A DNA stretch of 64,000 nucleotides from Gammaproteobacteria bacterium (GCA_965277715.1 OZ255836.1:3872001-3936000); one strand, 5' to 3'; positions 48,962-60,149 are shown, counted from the stretch's first letter. Program-made: numbers and translations. Notes: generated from the letters alone by a model not told the origin.

Positions 48962-49705
48962 TCAATGCGCAATAATCTGATCTAGAAACAAGCGCGTGCG
49001 CGCCTCGCGGGGTGAGGCAAAAAAGCGCGCCGGTGGCGCCTGCTCGACGATACAACCGCCATCCATAAACACCATTTGGTCGGCGACGCGCCTGGCAAAG
49101 CCCATTTCGTGGGTGACACACACCATCGTCATGCCGTCTTCGGCCAGCGCGATCATGGTGTCTAATACCTCGCTGATCATCTCCGGGTCGAGCGCCGAGG
49201 TCGGCTCATCGAACAACATAATCTTGGGCTGCATACACAGGCTGCGGGCAATCGCGACGCGCTGTTGCTGCCCCCCCGAGAGCTGATTGGGGTATTTGTC
49301 CGCCTGCTCGGGAATGCGCACCTGCTCCAGGTAGTGGTGCGCCAACGCCTCCGCCTCGCGCTGGGGCAGGTTGCGCGCCCGCATCGGCGCCAGGGTTAAG
49401 TTGCGCAGCACGCTCAGGTGGGGGAAGAGATTGAACTGCTGGAACACCATGCCAATATCGCGGCGTATATGTTGGATATGCCGGGTGTCGCTGTCGAGCG
49501 CCACGCCGTTGATTTTAATCGTGCCCTGTTGGTGGGTTTCGAGGCGGTTGATACAGCGGATCATCGTCGATTTCCCGGAGCCAGACGGGCCACACACCAC
49601 CACCCGCTCGCCCGCCTGCACTTTCAGATTAATGTCTTGCAGGACATGCAAATCGCCAAACCACTTATTGATAGCGGCCAGCTCAATAACTGTATTTTTT
49701 TCCAA
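48962..49705 (-). CDS. Polar amino acid ABC transporter ATP-binding protein
   Basis: [17 protein letters not shown] and [10 protein letters not shown] motifs. Confidence 0.92.
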   Translation of the reverse strand: MEKNTVIELAAINKWFGDLHVLQDINLKVQAGERVVVCGPSGSGKSTMIRCINRLETHQQGTIKINGVALDSDTRHIQHIRRDIGMVFQQFNLFPHLSVLRNLTLAPMRARNLPQREAEALAHHYLEQVRIPEQADKYPNQLSGGQQQRVAIARSLCMQPKIMLFDEPTSALDPEMISEVLDTMIALAEDGMTMVCVTHEMGFARRVADQMVFMDGGCIVEQAPPARFFASPREARTRLFLDQIIAH

Positions 49706-49797
49706 CGGGGTGCTCCCGGCAGGTTTGTATGTTTTTCTTGACGGAGTAATCTATGCTTTGCATTCTACCGTTATTGATAAATCGGCGTGAGGAAATT

Positions 49798-51147
49798 GTG
49801 AGCGATCATAGTGAACAGAACCGGGATTTTCACAAGCAGGGCTTTCAGGGCTACCGGCAGGTAAGCCATGCGGTTGCCGATGCCGAGCTGACCCATGTTG
49901 GCCCCGGTACACCCTGTGGTGAATATATGCGCCGCTACTGGCAGCCGGTGGCAATGTCCAGTGAGTTAACCGATCTACCGATGCTGGTGGGCGTGCTGGG
50001 TGAAACACTGGTGTTGTTCCGCGATGGCAGCGGGCGCACGGGCCTGCTGCACCGGCACTGCTCACACCGGGGCGCCTCGCTGGAGTACGGCATCGTCGCC
50101 GAGCGCGGCATCATCTGCTGCTACCACGGCTGGCACTACGATATCGACGGCACATTGATCCAGGCCGGTTCAGAGCGTGTGGGCAGCCCACTGTGCCGCA
50201 AAGTCGTGCACGGCGCCTACCCGACACACGAACACAACGGCCTTATCTTCGCCTACCTCGGCCCGCCAGAGGAAGTGCCGGATTTTCCGGTTTACGATAC
50301 CGAGTCCATGCCCGGCACCGAGGCTGTGCCCTTTTCAATCACCACCCCGTGCAACTGGTTGCAGGTGTACGAAAACACCCAAGACCCAATCCACGTGCTG
50401 CACCTGCATGCGCGCTCCAGCGGTGTGCAGTTTGGCGCTGCCTCCGGGGTTGAGCAGACCATCGACTACAGCGATACCCCGCTGGGGATGATGAATATCC
50501 AGGCGCGGCACGTCGGTGGGCATATCTGGGCGCGCACCACCGATTCGATTCTGCCCAACGCCAACCAGACCGGCGCCATCTTCGAGGAGGCCGAATGCCC
50601 CAAATACTTTCAACGGGTATCAATGCTGCGCTGGATGCTGCCGGTGGATAACACCACCACACGCACCATCGGCTGGCGCTTTTTCAGCCCGGCGCTGGAC
50701 CCGCGTGGGCAGTGCTGCAAAGAAAATGTCGGCAAAGAGTCTATCGACTTTGTTGGCCAGACTGCCGACGAGCGGCCCTACCAGGATCGACAACGCCAGC
50801 CGGGCGACTACGAGGCGCAAGTATCGCAGCGGCCCATTGCCATCCACGCCAACGAAAACCTCACCGGCTTTGATGCGGGCGTCGTGCGCCTGCGCGGCCT
50901 ATTGCGGCGGCACATCCGCGCCCTGCAAAATGGCGAGCCGGTTCCGCGCCCCGTACCACAGCCCGGCGGTATTCCCAGCTACTGCCAGGATACCGTCACC
51001 GCCTGGAAAGATAGCGCTGGGCAGGGCGAAACCGCCATTCTGCGCGCCTATGGCCGCCGCGTCGCCGACGCAGTATTATCGACAGACACACTGACCCCTG
51101 AAGCGCGAGCAGCGCGCATCCGCACCTTATGCGAGCAAGGCACATAG
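49798..51147 (+). CDS. Rieske non-heme iron oxygenase (phthalate dioxygenase-like)
   Basis: CSHRG...CCYHGW and ENTQDPIH..LH motifs. Confidence 0.88.
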   Translation: MSDHSEQNRDFHKQGFQGYRQVSHAVADAELTHVGPGTPCGEYMRRYWQPVAMSSELTDLPMLVGVLGETLVLFRDGSGRTGLLHRHCSHRGASLEYGIVAERGIICCYHGWHYDIDGTLIQAGSERVGSPLCRKVVHGAYPTHEHNGLIFAYLGPPEEVPDFPVYDTESMPGTEAVPFSITTPCNWLQVYENTQDPIHVLHLHARSSGVQFGAASGVEQTIDYSDTPLGMMNIQARHVGGHIWARTTDSILPNANQTGAIFEEAECPKYFQRVSMLRWMLPVDNTTTRTIGWRFFSPALDPRGQCCKENVGKESIDFVGQTADERPYQDRQRQPGDYEAQVSQRPIAIHANENLTGFDAGVVRLRGLLRRHIRALQNGEPVPRPVPQPGGIPSYCQDTVTAWKDSAGQGETAILRAYGRRVADAVLSTDTLTPEARAARIRTLCEQGT

Positions 51148-51216
51148 CGCTGCCAATAAACTAAACTTCAACACAATTCACCCATTACCCTTTACCACTT
51201 AAAAAGAGGAAATACC

Positions 51217-52008
51217 ATGATCAAAAAACACCTACTGGCCAGCCTGGCCGCCGCTGCTCTGCTGGTTTCCGGTGGTTCGCTGGCGGCAGAGCGCTCGATT
51301 CTCAATGACGTACTGGATAGCGGCGTACTCAAAGTCGGCACTACGGGTGACTTTAACCCTATGTCGTTCAAAGACCCGGAAACCAAAGAATACCGTGGCC
51401 ACCAGATTGACGCGGCGAAACAACTGGCCAGTGATATGGGTGTCGAAATTGAATTTGTCCCCACCGACTGGAAAACGCTGATTAATGGTGTGGTCGCGGG
51501 GAAATACCACGTCGTTATGACCGGCACCTCAATGACGATTGGCCGCGCCAAGGTCGCCGGTTACACCATCCCCTGGGGGCGCACGGGGTATCTGCCTTTA
51601 ACGCGCAAGGAACTGGCCGATAAATTTACCACCTGGGAAGATTTGAATAGCCCGGATGTCACTATTGGTTATAACCTGGGCACCTCGTTTGCCGATTTTG
51701 TCAAAACCCGTTTACCGAAAGCCAAGACCAAAGAGGTCGAGTCACCGGCACGCGATTGGCAGGAACTGTTGGCGGGCCGGGTGGATGTGACTATTTCCAG
51801 TAGCCTGGAAGCGGGACAATTACAAGCCACCCACGATGCTTTGGAGATTCCCTTTGAGTGGATCGCCAACAGTCTGCCGTTGTCGTTTATTGTGCCGCAG
51901 GGTGATCAGGTATGGTTGAATTTTCTCAATAACTGGATGCGTATGAAAATTGAAATCGGCTATTTCAAGGCGTTGAATGCCACTTGGGGGATTCAGGGGC
52001 AGGGTTAA
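51217..52008 (+). CDS. Family 3 substrate-binding protein (PheC-like)
   Basis: Signal peptide and LKVGTTGDFNP motif. Confidence 0.85.
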   Translation: MIKKHLLASLAAAALLVSGGSLAAERSILNDVLDSGVLKVGTTGDFNPMSFKDPETKEYRGHQIDAAKQLASDMGVEIEFVPTDWKTLINGVVAGKYHVVMTGTSMTIGRAKVAGYTIPWGRTGYLPLTRKELADKFTTWEDLNSPDVTIGYNLGTSFADFVKTRLPKAKTKEVESPARDWQELLAGRVDVTISSSLEAGQLQATHDALEIPFEWIANSLPLSFIVPQGDQVWLNFLNNWMRMKIEIGYFKALNATWGIQGQG

Positions 52009-52030
52009 GCGGCATACTGCCTGAACACCC

Positions 52031-52058
52031 CCACCCCCTCTTTGATAAAGAGGGGGTG
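52031..52058. repeat. Palindrome (REP-like or terminator)
   Basis: caccccctcttt-gat-aaagagggggtg. Confidence 0.5.
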
Positions 52059-52153
52059 TTTGACAGCGAAGCCACAAAACTAAGCATCGCCACTTTTTTT
52101 CAAAAGAAATTTAATGCGATGATCCACCACCTACACTGCCAACGAAAGCAACA

Positions 52154-53308
52154 ATGAAAATCAACCCCAACGTACATAACTGTACCCCGGCCCCCATTGC
52201 TGAAGCCTGGTCATGGGTAAAAACCCCCGATGCCGACTCACTGCTCAACTTATGCCAGGCAGTACCTGCCCACCTACCACCGCAATCACTGCTGGATCAT
52301 ATCGGTACAGCCATCGCTGCCGGTAAAGGCGCAATGTACACCGACATCGCCGGGATTCAGCCATTGCGTGACGCCCTGGCTGACAACATCCAAACACGTT
52401 ATGGCGGTGACGTGCGCGGCGAAGATGTAATGGTCACCGCTGGCTGCAACCAGGCATTTTGTGCGGTAATCGATAGCCTGTGCCGCCGGGGCGATAACGT
52501 CATCATGCCGCTACCCTATTACTTTAACCACGCCATGTGGTTATCGATTCGGGGGATTGACGTGCAAAGCCTGCCATTTGATGCAGATAACACCGACCCG
52601 GACTACACCCTCGCCGAACAACGTATCGACGACGACACCCGCGCCATTGTATTGGTTTCACCGAACAACCCGACCGGCGCCGTGTATACCCCGGCGTGCC
52701 TAAAACAGTTTCAGCAACTGGCTGAAGCGAAAGGCATCGCCTTGATTATCGACGAAACCTACCGCGATTTTGTCGATGAACAACAGACCCTGCACACACT
52801 GTTCAGCCAGCAAAACTGGCGAGACAGCTTTATTCATCTCTACAGTTTTTCAAAAGTGTACAGCTTAACCGGGCACCGCGTCGGCGCTATCGTCGCCGGT
52901 GAAAAACTGCGCGCCCAACTGGAAAAAATCCAGGATTGCGTGGCAATCAGCGCCCCGCACGTCGGCCAGCTTGCCGCCTTATATGGGTTGTTACACCTGG
53001 ACGGGTGGAAGCGCAAAAAAGCCAATGAATTGATGGCCAAGGCAGAGGCGATAAGGCGGGCGTTTCAACACCCGGACCTCAGTTATAAGCTAATTAGCGT
53101 GGGCGCCTATTTCGCCTATGTGCAACACCCTTTTGAAGAGGACGCCTGGGCGGTGGCAAAACGCCTCGCGCAGCAATTTGAACTGGTGTGCCTGCCGGGC
53201 AGCTACTTTGGTGGGGGACAACAACGCTACCTGCGGTTTGCCTTTGCCAATCTTGAGGTTGATGTATTTCCGCGTATTGTCGAGCGTTTGTTGCTCAGTC
53301 AGTCGTAG
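52154..53308 (+). CDS. Class I/II PLP aminotransferase
   Basis: SPNNPTG, DETY and SFSKVYSLTGHRVG motifs. Confidence 0.9.
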   Translation: MKINPNVHNCTPAPIAEAWSWVKTPDADSLLNLCQAVPAHLPPQSLLDHIGTAIAAGKGAMYTDIAGIQPLRDALADNIQTRYGGDVRGEDVMVTAGCNQAFCAVIDSLCRRGDNVIMPLPYYFNHAMWLSIRGIDVQSLPFDADNTDPDYTLAEQRIDDDTRAIVLVSPNNPTGAVYTPACLKQFQQLAEAKGIALIIDETYRDFVDEQQTLHTLFSQQNWRDSFIHLYSFSKVYSLTGHRVGAIVAGEKLRAQLEKIQDCVAISAPHVGQLAALYGLLHLDGWKRKKANELMAKAEAIRRAFQHPDLSYKLISVGAYFAYVQHPFEEDAWAVAKRLAQQFELVCLPGSYFGGGQQRYLRFAFANLEVDVFPRIVERLLLSQS

Positions 53309-53452
53309 GGTTTTATAAATAACAGCGGTAGTGGGTTTTGAACAGTTGGGGAAAATAGTGCCAGTAGCAAAGCAACGGAATGTAATAAGTACTGAAGAAT
53401 ACCTGCAAGGAGAGCGTGTTAGCGATACTAAACACGCCTTAATGCATGGCGT

Positions 53453-54118
53453 TTAGTGCCCGGTTAGTATTTTTTGCAGCCACAGAGAAATATCGCCTAC
53501 TTGTTGCGGGCACACGCTGTGTTCCATTGGGTAGGTTTTGTAGTCTGGGGAGTAGCCTTGTGCCTGTAGTAATGCCAGGGCTTTTTGTCCCAATGGTTCA
53601 GGTACTACCGGGTCCATCGTGCCGTGAAAAATGCCGATAGGCAGCGCCGCATTGGCGGGGTGCAGGGCAATTGTGTCGTGTGTGGCGAAGTAGGTGGATA
53701 AGGCCATCAATCCCCCCAGTTTTTCCGGGTAGCTGAGGGCGGCCTGGTAGCCGACTGCGCCGCCCTGGGAAAAGCCTGCAAGGATGATTCTGTTTGCCGC
53801 GATGCCATTATCGGTTTCCCGTTTAATCAGTGCCTGTATCGCCTGGGCGGAGGCTTCCAGTTGTGGGGTGTCGATACGACGGTCGATGTTCATTTCAACG
53901 ATGTCATACCACGCAGGCATGACGTAGCCATTATTTATGGTCACGGGTATTGAGGGCGCATGCGGGAATATAAAGCGGGTGGGCAGGCCCGGTGGCAGGT
54001 TTAATTCTGGCACTAATGGCTCAAAATCGTGGCCGTCAGCACCGAGGCCGTGCAGCCAGATGACAGCACTATCGGCTGGGGTGGCAGGGTTGACTTCGAC
54101 ACAAGGGAGTAATGGCAT
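53453..54118 (-). CDS. Phospholipase/carboxylesterase
   Basis: LHGLGADG, GFSQGG, HGTMD and MEHSV motifs. Confidence 0.9.
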   Translation of the reverse strand: MPLLPCVEVNPATPADSAVIWLHGLGADGHDFEPLVPELNLPPGLPTRFIFPHAPSIPVTINNGYVMPAWYDIVEMNIDRRIDTPQLEASAQAIQALIKRETDNGIAANRIILAGFSQGGAVGYQAALSYPEKLGGLMALSTYFATHDTIALHPANAALPIGIFHGTMDPVVPEPLGQKALALLQAQGYSPDYKTYPMEHSVCPQQVGDISLWLQKILTGH

Positions 54119-54258
54119 GGCAGTGTGATTTTGGCTATAGTTGGAATAAGTGAATATGTTAAACCTAAATGACGCAGTGCATTAAACATTCTCGCTATTA
54201 TTCAACTGGTTGTCAGGTTCAATCATTTATTCATTCACGCCAGGGAACCTCCCGTCCC

Positions 54259-55527
54259 ATGTCTGCATCAGCTAAAAGCACAGTTACCCACCGTGGTGCA
54301 ATTATTGCCTTTTCACTCGGTACGCTGTTTTTCGGTTACGCCTTTATCCAGCGGGTCTCACCGAGTGTGATGACTAACGAGTTGATGCGTGACTTTTCTG
54401 TGGGTGGTGCTGCGCTCGGTTCGCTGTCAGCGTTTTATTTTTATGCTTACGCCGGGATGCAATTGCCGGTGGGTATGCTTACCGATCGTTTTGGCCCGCG
54501 CAAGTTGATGAGCTGTGCGGCGGCACTGTGCGCCGTTGCCTCGCTGATTTTTGCATGGAGTGATTCGCTGTTTGTCGCTGCATTGGGGCGAACGTTAATT
54601 GGCGCAACGGTGGCGTTTGGCTTTGTCGGCAGTCTCGCCATCGCCGCTTATTGGTTTCAAGCAAAACACTACACGGTACTTGCCGGTGTGTTGCAGGCGG
54701 TGGGCATGTGCGGCGCTATTTTTGGCCAGGCGCCATTGCGTGAAGTGGTCGAGAGCCAGGGCTGGCGGGGCACGATGATGGCATTGGCCGCTGTTGCACT
54801 GCTGTTGTCGGTGTTGTTGTGGGTGCTGGTGCCGCGCCGTTCCCGTGTGCAGAGGTGCGTTGAAGTGCGCAGCGGTCTGTTTAGTGGTCTGCGTGTTGTC
54901 GCCAGCAATAGGCAAACCTGGTTTTGCGCCTTGATTGGTTTTGGTATGGCGGCGACGATGCTGGGGTTTGCCGGGTTATGGGCGGTGCCCTGGTTGAGCA
55001 GTGTGCACGGATATTCGACGGCGCAGGCTGCCGGTATTGCCTCTATGTTGTTTATCGGTTGGGCGGTTTTTTCCCCGTTGGTTGGTTGGGTCTCTGACTA
55101 CAGCGGGCGTCGAAATATTATTATGACGCTGGGCTCACTGCTGGGCCTGGCCGCTTTTTCATCAACGTTGTTTCTCACCCCACAAAATACACCGTTACTG
55201 ATGGTACTGGTGTTTCTCGCGGGCGTCGGCGGCAGTGCCATGACGGCGTGTTTTAGCGCAGTAAAAGAGCATAACCGGCTCGAATACAGCAGTACGGCGC
55301 TGGGCTTGATCAATATGTGCATCGTCGGTTCTGGTGCATTAATGCAGCCGTTAATTGGCTGGTTGCTCGATCTCAATTGGGCGGGTACGATTATCGACGG
55401 TGCACGCATTTACTCGGCGGATGCTTATACGTTGGCGTTTTCCAGTTTATTGGTTGTGAACGCGGCCGCCTTTATTGGTACATTGTTGTTGCGTGAAACC
55501 GGGTGTCAGCAAGTAAATAAAGACTGA
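54259..55527 (+). CDS. MFS transporter
   Basis: GMLTDRFGPRK motif; about 12 TM segments. Confidence 0.9.
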   Translation: MSASAKSTVTHRGAIIAFSLGTLFFGYAFIQRVSPSVMTNELMRDFSVGGAALGSLSAFYFYAYAGMQLPVGMLTDRFGPRKLMSCAAALCAVASLIFAWSDSLFVAALGRTLIGATVAFGFVGSLAIAAYWFQAKHYTVLAGVLQAVGMCGAIFGQAPLREVVESQGWRGTMMALAAVALLLSVLLWVLVPRRSRVQRCVEVRSGLFSGLRVVASNRQTWFCALIGFGMAATMLGFAGLWAVPWLSSVHGYSTAQAAGIASMLFIGWAVFSPLVGWVSDYSGRRNIIMTLGSLLGLAAFSSTLFLTPQNTPLLMVLVFLAGVGGSAMTACFSAVKEHNRLEYSSTALGLINMCIVGSGALMQPLIGWLLDLNWAGTIIDGARIYSADAYTLAFSSLLVVNAAAFIGTLLLRETGCQQVNKD

Positions 55528-55553
55528 TTAATAGAAACCTTGTGAGAATTTGA

Positions 55554-56432
55554 ATGCAAACATTGACAACTGATAACTACGAAACCATCGGCGTTTTCCC
55601 ATTGAGCCATGCAGTGGGAGCAGAAATAGACGGGGTTGATATTGCCGCCGGCGTTAGCGAGAAACAGTTCGCTGAAATCCGCCGGGCATTTACTGACTAC
55701 AGCGTGATATTTTTTCGCGGGCAATCGTTAAGCCCGGATCAGCATATTGCGTTTGCGCAGCGCTGGGGCAAGATCAACGTCAACCGTTTTTTTCAACCCG
55801 TTGAAAGCCACCCTATCATTGCTGAAGTGCGCAAGGAGGCACACCAGAAATCCAATATTGGCGCCGCCTGGCACACGGATCACAGTTACGATGAAATCCC
55901 GGCGATGGGGTCAATTCTGTATGCACGCGCTGTGCCTGAGGTTGGTGGGGATACTTTATTTGCGAGTATGTACGCCGCCTACGAAACCCTTTCCGATGGA
56001 ATGAAAAAGATGTTGCACAGTCTGCGTGCCGAGCACTCCAGTCGCCATGTGTTTGGTGAGCAGGCGTATGTGGGCATAGACACGGATGATATTGGTGAGC
56101 GGCTTGGCAATATCTCTGCGGCCACACAGGATGCCGTGCACCCTGTGGTGATTCGCCACCCGTTGTCCGGTCGACCAGCGTTATATGTCAACGGTGATTT
56201 CACGGTTAAATTTGAAGGCTGGAGCCAGCAGGAATCACAACCGCTGCTGGATTTTTTGTATCAGCATGCGCGACAAAATGAATTTACCTGTCGCTTTAAG
56301 TGGCAACAGGGTTCGATGGCGATATGGGATAACCGTGCCACGCATCACTGTGCGTTAAATGATTATCACGGTGAGCGCCGGTTGATGCACCGTATTACTA
56401 TTGACGGTGAGGCGCTGTCTGCGGCGGTTTGA
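55554..56432 (+). CDS. TauD/TfdA-family dioxygenase
   Basis: WHTDHSY, GGDTLF and WDNRATHH motifs. Confidence 0.9.
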   Translation: MQTLTTDNYETIGVFPLSHAVGAEIDGVDIAAGVSEKQFAEIRRAFTDYSVIFFRGQSLSPDQHIAFAQRWGKINVNRFFQPVESHPIIAEVRKEAHQKSNIGAAWHTDHSYDEIPAMGSILYARAVPEVGGDTLFASMYAAYETLSDGMKKMLHSLRAEHSSRHVFGEQAYVGIDTDDIGERLGNISAATQDAVHPVVIRHPLSGRPALYVNGDFTVKFEGWSQQESQPLLDFLYQHARQNEFTCRFKWQQGSMAIWDNRATHHCALNDYHGERRLMHRITIDGEALSAAV

Positions 56433-56600
56433 TGTGGCCGTGTCGTAAAGGTGTGCTACTGTCGGGTGGCATGAGGTTTCACTCGTGATGCCTCAGTGTA
56501 TTTCTCTATCCTTTTGATAAGTGTTATTGGCCTTATCGCGGGCTTTTATAGGCAGCAACTGGAAGGCAGGTCCTCAAAGGTTGTTTAGACGTTATCGTCT

Positions 56601-57494
56601 TTATTTTATCGAGTTGAGCGTTAACGCTGATTGGCTAAAATCGAGCGCCGCATCGACACCGAGACGAAGGCTTGTGTTGATGGGGCCATGCCCCGATGTG
56701 AGGCCGAAAGCGATTGGGAAACTGGAGCCCTTGAGGGCATCCAACACGACGTCTGTAAGACCATTGTAAGGGTCGGTGCATTTGTGCATCGTCCCCAGAA
56801 CGAGGCCATTAATCATTTCCAGCGTGCCAGAATTGATCAGGTGCTGGAGCATTCGGTCTATTTTGTAGGGAGCTTCGTCAACGTCTTCGAGAAAGAGAAT
56901 TGTATTTTCAAGGTCGGGGCAAAACGGTGTTCCAATGCCCGTACAAAGAATCGAGAGGCAGCCACCGACAAACCGCCCGGAAGCGGTTCCGGGTCGGATA
57001 AATTCCAGCTGAAACGCCTGATCTTTTCCTTCAAAAATCGCCGCTCTTAGCGACTGTCGGTTGTATTGGCCTTCATGCGTATCATCCAATAGCTGGCGCG
57101 TTGCAATATTTGGCCCGTGAACACAGGAGACAGAAGGAAAACTGGCGAGGGCTGCCATATGCAGGGAAGTAATATCAGAGTGCCCAATCAGTAGTTTTTC
57201 TGAAACGGTATTTTGTGCGGGCAAGCCACGCAATAACCGGGCGCATCCATATCCACCACGAATGCAAAATATCGCTTTGATCTCAGGGTCAATCAGTGCG
57301 CGGTTGAGGTGTGCCTGCCGCTCGTAGTCTGAGCCTGCTAAATAGAAATAGTGGTCGGACGCTACTGAAACGGTTACGTTCAGTGACCAGCTTTTGAGTA
57401 AATCGACTGCTTTTTGCAGGAGCTCCCGGTCTGCGCTACGAAATTGTGACGCCGGCGCAATAATGGCAACCTGATCGTTTGACCTTAACAACAT
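56601..57494 (-). CDS. S66 LD-carboxypeptidase / MccF-like peptidase
   Basis: RGGYG, GHSDIT, LEDV and SGHG motifs. Confidence 0.88.
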   Translation of the reverse strand: MLLRSNDQVAIIAPASQFRSADRELLQKAVDLLKSWSLNVTVSVASDHYFYLAGSDYERQAHLNRALIDPEIKAIFCIRGGYGCARLLRGLPAQNTVSEKLLIGHSDITSLHMAALASFPSVSCVHGPNIATRQLLDDTHEGQYNRQSLRAAIFEGKDQAFQLEFIRPGTASGRFVGGCLSILCTGIGTPFCPDLENTILFLEDVDEAPYKIDRMLQHLINSGTLEMINGLVLGTMHKCTDPYNGLTDVVLDALKGSSFPIAFGLTSGHGPINTSLRLGVDAALDFSQSALTLNSIK

Positions 57495-57581
57495 GTTGTC
57501 TGCCTCTATTAGGTACTTTGTAAGGGCGGCCCAAATGCGAAGTTGGGTGATTTTTCTGGCGTTTGGTATGGCAACGGATTG

Positions 57582-57706
57582 AACCTAAATTCCGCAGTTG
57601 AATCTACTGCGAGCACCTGATGCACAGAATCTAAAGCGCTTTTACCAGCATTTCATCTTCAGCACCTTAGACGCCCTCGCTACAATTCAACTGCGGAGTT
57701 TAGATT
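57582..57706. mobile_element. 125-bp MITE-like element
   Basis: 22-bp IRs aacctaaattccgcagttgaat / attcaactgcggagtttagatt (20/22 match). One end recurs at 29598-29651. Confidence 0.7.
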
Positions 57707-57924
57707 GAAGATAATAGCATCCAGATTGTAAAACATAATTTTTCTCTGCCTCTATCGCCTACCTTCCTGTGAATAACCGGAGTGCTGGATTGGCGTATCG
57801 CCTTGCCCAGGTTGCTGCAAGCGTGGCACCTTGGTAGTGAAGAGGGGTGGTCAATCAAAAAAATACTCGTCAGATCAATGTGCAATACTCTCAAAATCGA
57901 CCGGGGTGAGCACTGTGAGCATTT

Positions 57925-58464
57925 ATGTCTAATGAATCCTGCATCTATGTAACAGGGCTGCCGGGTGCAGGGAAAACCACAGTTGGGAGGTATATAGCTA
58001 AGCTGCTGGCTATACCGATTTTAGATAAGGATGACTATCTGGAAGCGCTGTTCGAGACGCGTGGCGTTGGCGACATGGCGTGGCGGCATAAGCTAAGCCG
58101 GGAGGCAGATGTAATTTTTCAACGGGAAGCCAGGTCAATCAATAGAACGGTATTGGTTTCCCATTGGCGGCCAAAGGGTGCCTTGGCCGATTATGGCACA
58201 CCGTGCGAATGGTTAACCGCCACGTACAAAACAGTGATTGAAGTGCACTGCGATTGCCCAATCGGTGTAGCTGCCAGCCGTTTTACCAATAGAGTGCGGC
58301 ATAAAGGCCATGCGGACGAGACAAGATCCAGCGCCGAAATTGAGGCGTGGTTAAACGACTATGCCGATCATCTTCCTATCGGGTTAGGGGCGCGTTTTGT
58401 GGTGAGCAGTGTAAGCCGAACATGGCAGGATGAAATTAAAAACGCCTTTCAGGAACACGTGTAA
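57925..58464 (+). CDS. P-loop small-molecule kinase-like protein
   Basis: GLPGAGKTT and DKDD motifs. Confidence 0.75.
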   Translation: MSNESCIYVTGLPGAGKTTVGRYIAKLLAIPILDKDDYLEALFETRGVGDMAWRHKLSREADVIFQREARSINRTVLVSHWRPKGALADYGTPCEWLTATYKTVIEVHCDCPIGVAASRFTNRVRHKGHADETRSSAEIEAWLNDYADHLPIGLGARFVVSSVSRTWQDEIKNAFQEHV

Positions 58465-58634
58465 AAAACGCATATAGGTGGTCGAAATTCCTGCTAATGC
58501 GAGGCGTTATATTTGCAGGCGCATAGGATGTGATAGGCTTTTGCCGTTTCATTTTCCCCGCGCTGGGTTACGCCGGTTTCAGGTAGCCAGTGCGCTTATT
58601 AATAACGCCCGATGCTTTCGGAGTAAAAATAACC

Positions 58635-59390
58635 GTGAACCAAAAAAACAAAACCGCAATTGTTACCGGTGCTGGCACCGGCATTGGCAAAGCCGTGGCC
58701 GCAATGTTTCTGGCCAATGACTATTGCGTTGTTCTTACCGGCAGGCGCGAGGAAAAGCTACGCCAAGTTATCGATAGCGCCGGGGCCGGTGGGCGGGCTT
58801 TGGCTGTCGCGGCGGATGTCGCTTCGAGCGAGGATGTTGATAGAGTGTTCGACGCCTGTATCGATACGTTTGGGCGTGTCGATGTATTGTTCAATAATGC
58901 CGGTATCGGCGCGCCAGCGGTGGATATCGACGCGTTATCGCTGGAGGATTGGCATGCGGTGGTCGATACCAATATCGGTGGTGCGTTCTTGTGTGCCAGG
59001 CGCGCTTTTAAGGCGATGAAGATGCAATCGCCAATGGGTGGTCGCATCATCAACAATGGTTCTATATCTGCCTATACACCCAGGCTCAACAGCACGCCCT
59101 ACACTATGAGCAAGCACGCCATGAGCGGCCTTACCAAGTGCTTGGCACTGGATGGGCGTCGCTACGATATTGCCTGTGGGCAGATTGACATTGGCAATGC
59201 CGAAACCCCAATGGCGGCGAGATTGGGGCAGGGCACCGCGCAAGCGGATGGGCGCATCCTCGCCGAACCCTTGATGGATGTGCAGCATGTAGCTGAAAGC
59301 GTCCTGCACATGGCGGCGTTGCCACTGAGTGCCAATGTGCTGTTTATGAATGTGATGGCGACCAAGATGCCGTTTGTGGGGCGCGGTTAG
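58635..59390 (+). CDS. SDR oxidoreductase
   Basis: TGAGTGIG, NNAG and YTMSK motifs. Confidence 0.92.
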   Translation: MNQKNKTAIVTGAGTGIGKAVAAMFLANDYCVVLTGRREEKLRQVIDSAGAGGRALAVAADVASSEDVDRVFDACIDTFGRVDVLFNNAGIGAPAVDIDALSLEDWHAVVDTNIGGAFLCARRAFKAMKMQSPMGGRIINNGSISAYTPRLNSTPYTMSKHAMSGLTKCLALDGRRYDIACGQIDIGNAETPMAARLGQGTAQADGRILAEPLMDVQHVAESVLHMAALPLSANVLFMNVMATKMPFVGRG

Positions 59391-59404
59391 TGGAAAAATA
59401 CCTC

Positions 59405-59543
59405 AGACATTGCCAAAGCCAAGGTGGGTCGCTGTGGCTACGGCATCGCCTGTTATGAAGATGGTGGGTTGATTGCGGGCGGTGTATTTTTGCGGCTTGA
59501 GGAAGATTGTTTCTGGCACGTGCAAGCCGATGGTGATCTATGA
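59405..59543 (+). pseudogene. Aminomethyltransferase (GcvT/DmdA-like) fragment
   Basis: Translates to DIAKAKVGRCGYGIACYEDGGLIAGGVFLRLEEDCFW. Confidence 0.5.
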
Positions 59544-59924
59544 GGTTCTGTTGGTAAAGCTAGGGCTTGGCTAGAAAGAAACTCGTAGTGTGTCAGTGGT
59601 TTATTGCTCATTGGTTTACTCCTTTGTTAGTTTAACAAGAAGCCTTGATTCAATGATTATCCGTGATACGTTGAAATTATGAACTGTTGCAATGCACCTG
59701 TTGTAATTGAATAAGAACCAAGTTGACGCTTGGTTTTTCTTGTTTTTGTGCCTATGTTGCACCGCAGATCTGAAAAACATCAATAGCAGGAAAGTAAAAA
59801 AATCCAGAAATATTCTTGTGCTGTTTGAGGTATCGTGTAATGAATTACACCTCATCTAAGGATTTATCTTTTAAAGATTAAAAGAATATATCTACTGATG
59901 GAATACTGTGGAGTTAGCAAAAAG

Positions 59925-60149
59925 AATACTAGTGTTGCAGAAAGCTTTTTTCACACACTGAAAACAGCATTAATTTACCAGCAAAGCTGGTCAACCCGAG
60001 AGGAGGCCAGACAAGCTATTTTTGAATATATTGAGGTTTTTTACAATCGCCAGCGATTACATTCTGCTAATGGCTATTTGTCACCCGTGGATTATTAACT
60101 GTCTAAAAAGATCGCTTAAACATGTGTCCGATAAAGTGTTGACACATCA
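59925..60149 (+). mobile_element. IS3-family transposase 3' remnant
   Basis: AESFFHTLK..IFEYIEVFYNRQRLHS..GYLSP; terminal ...CA. Confidence 0.8.
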
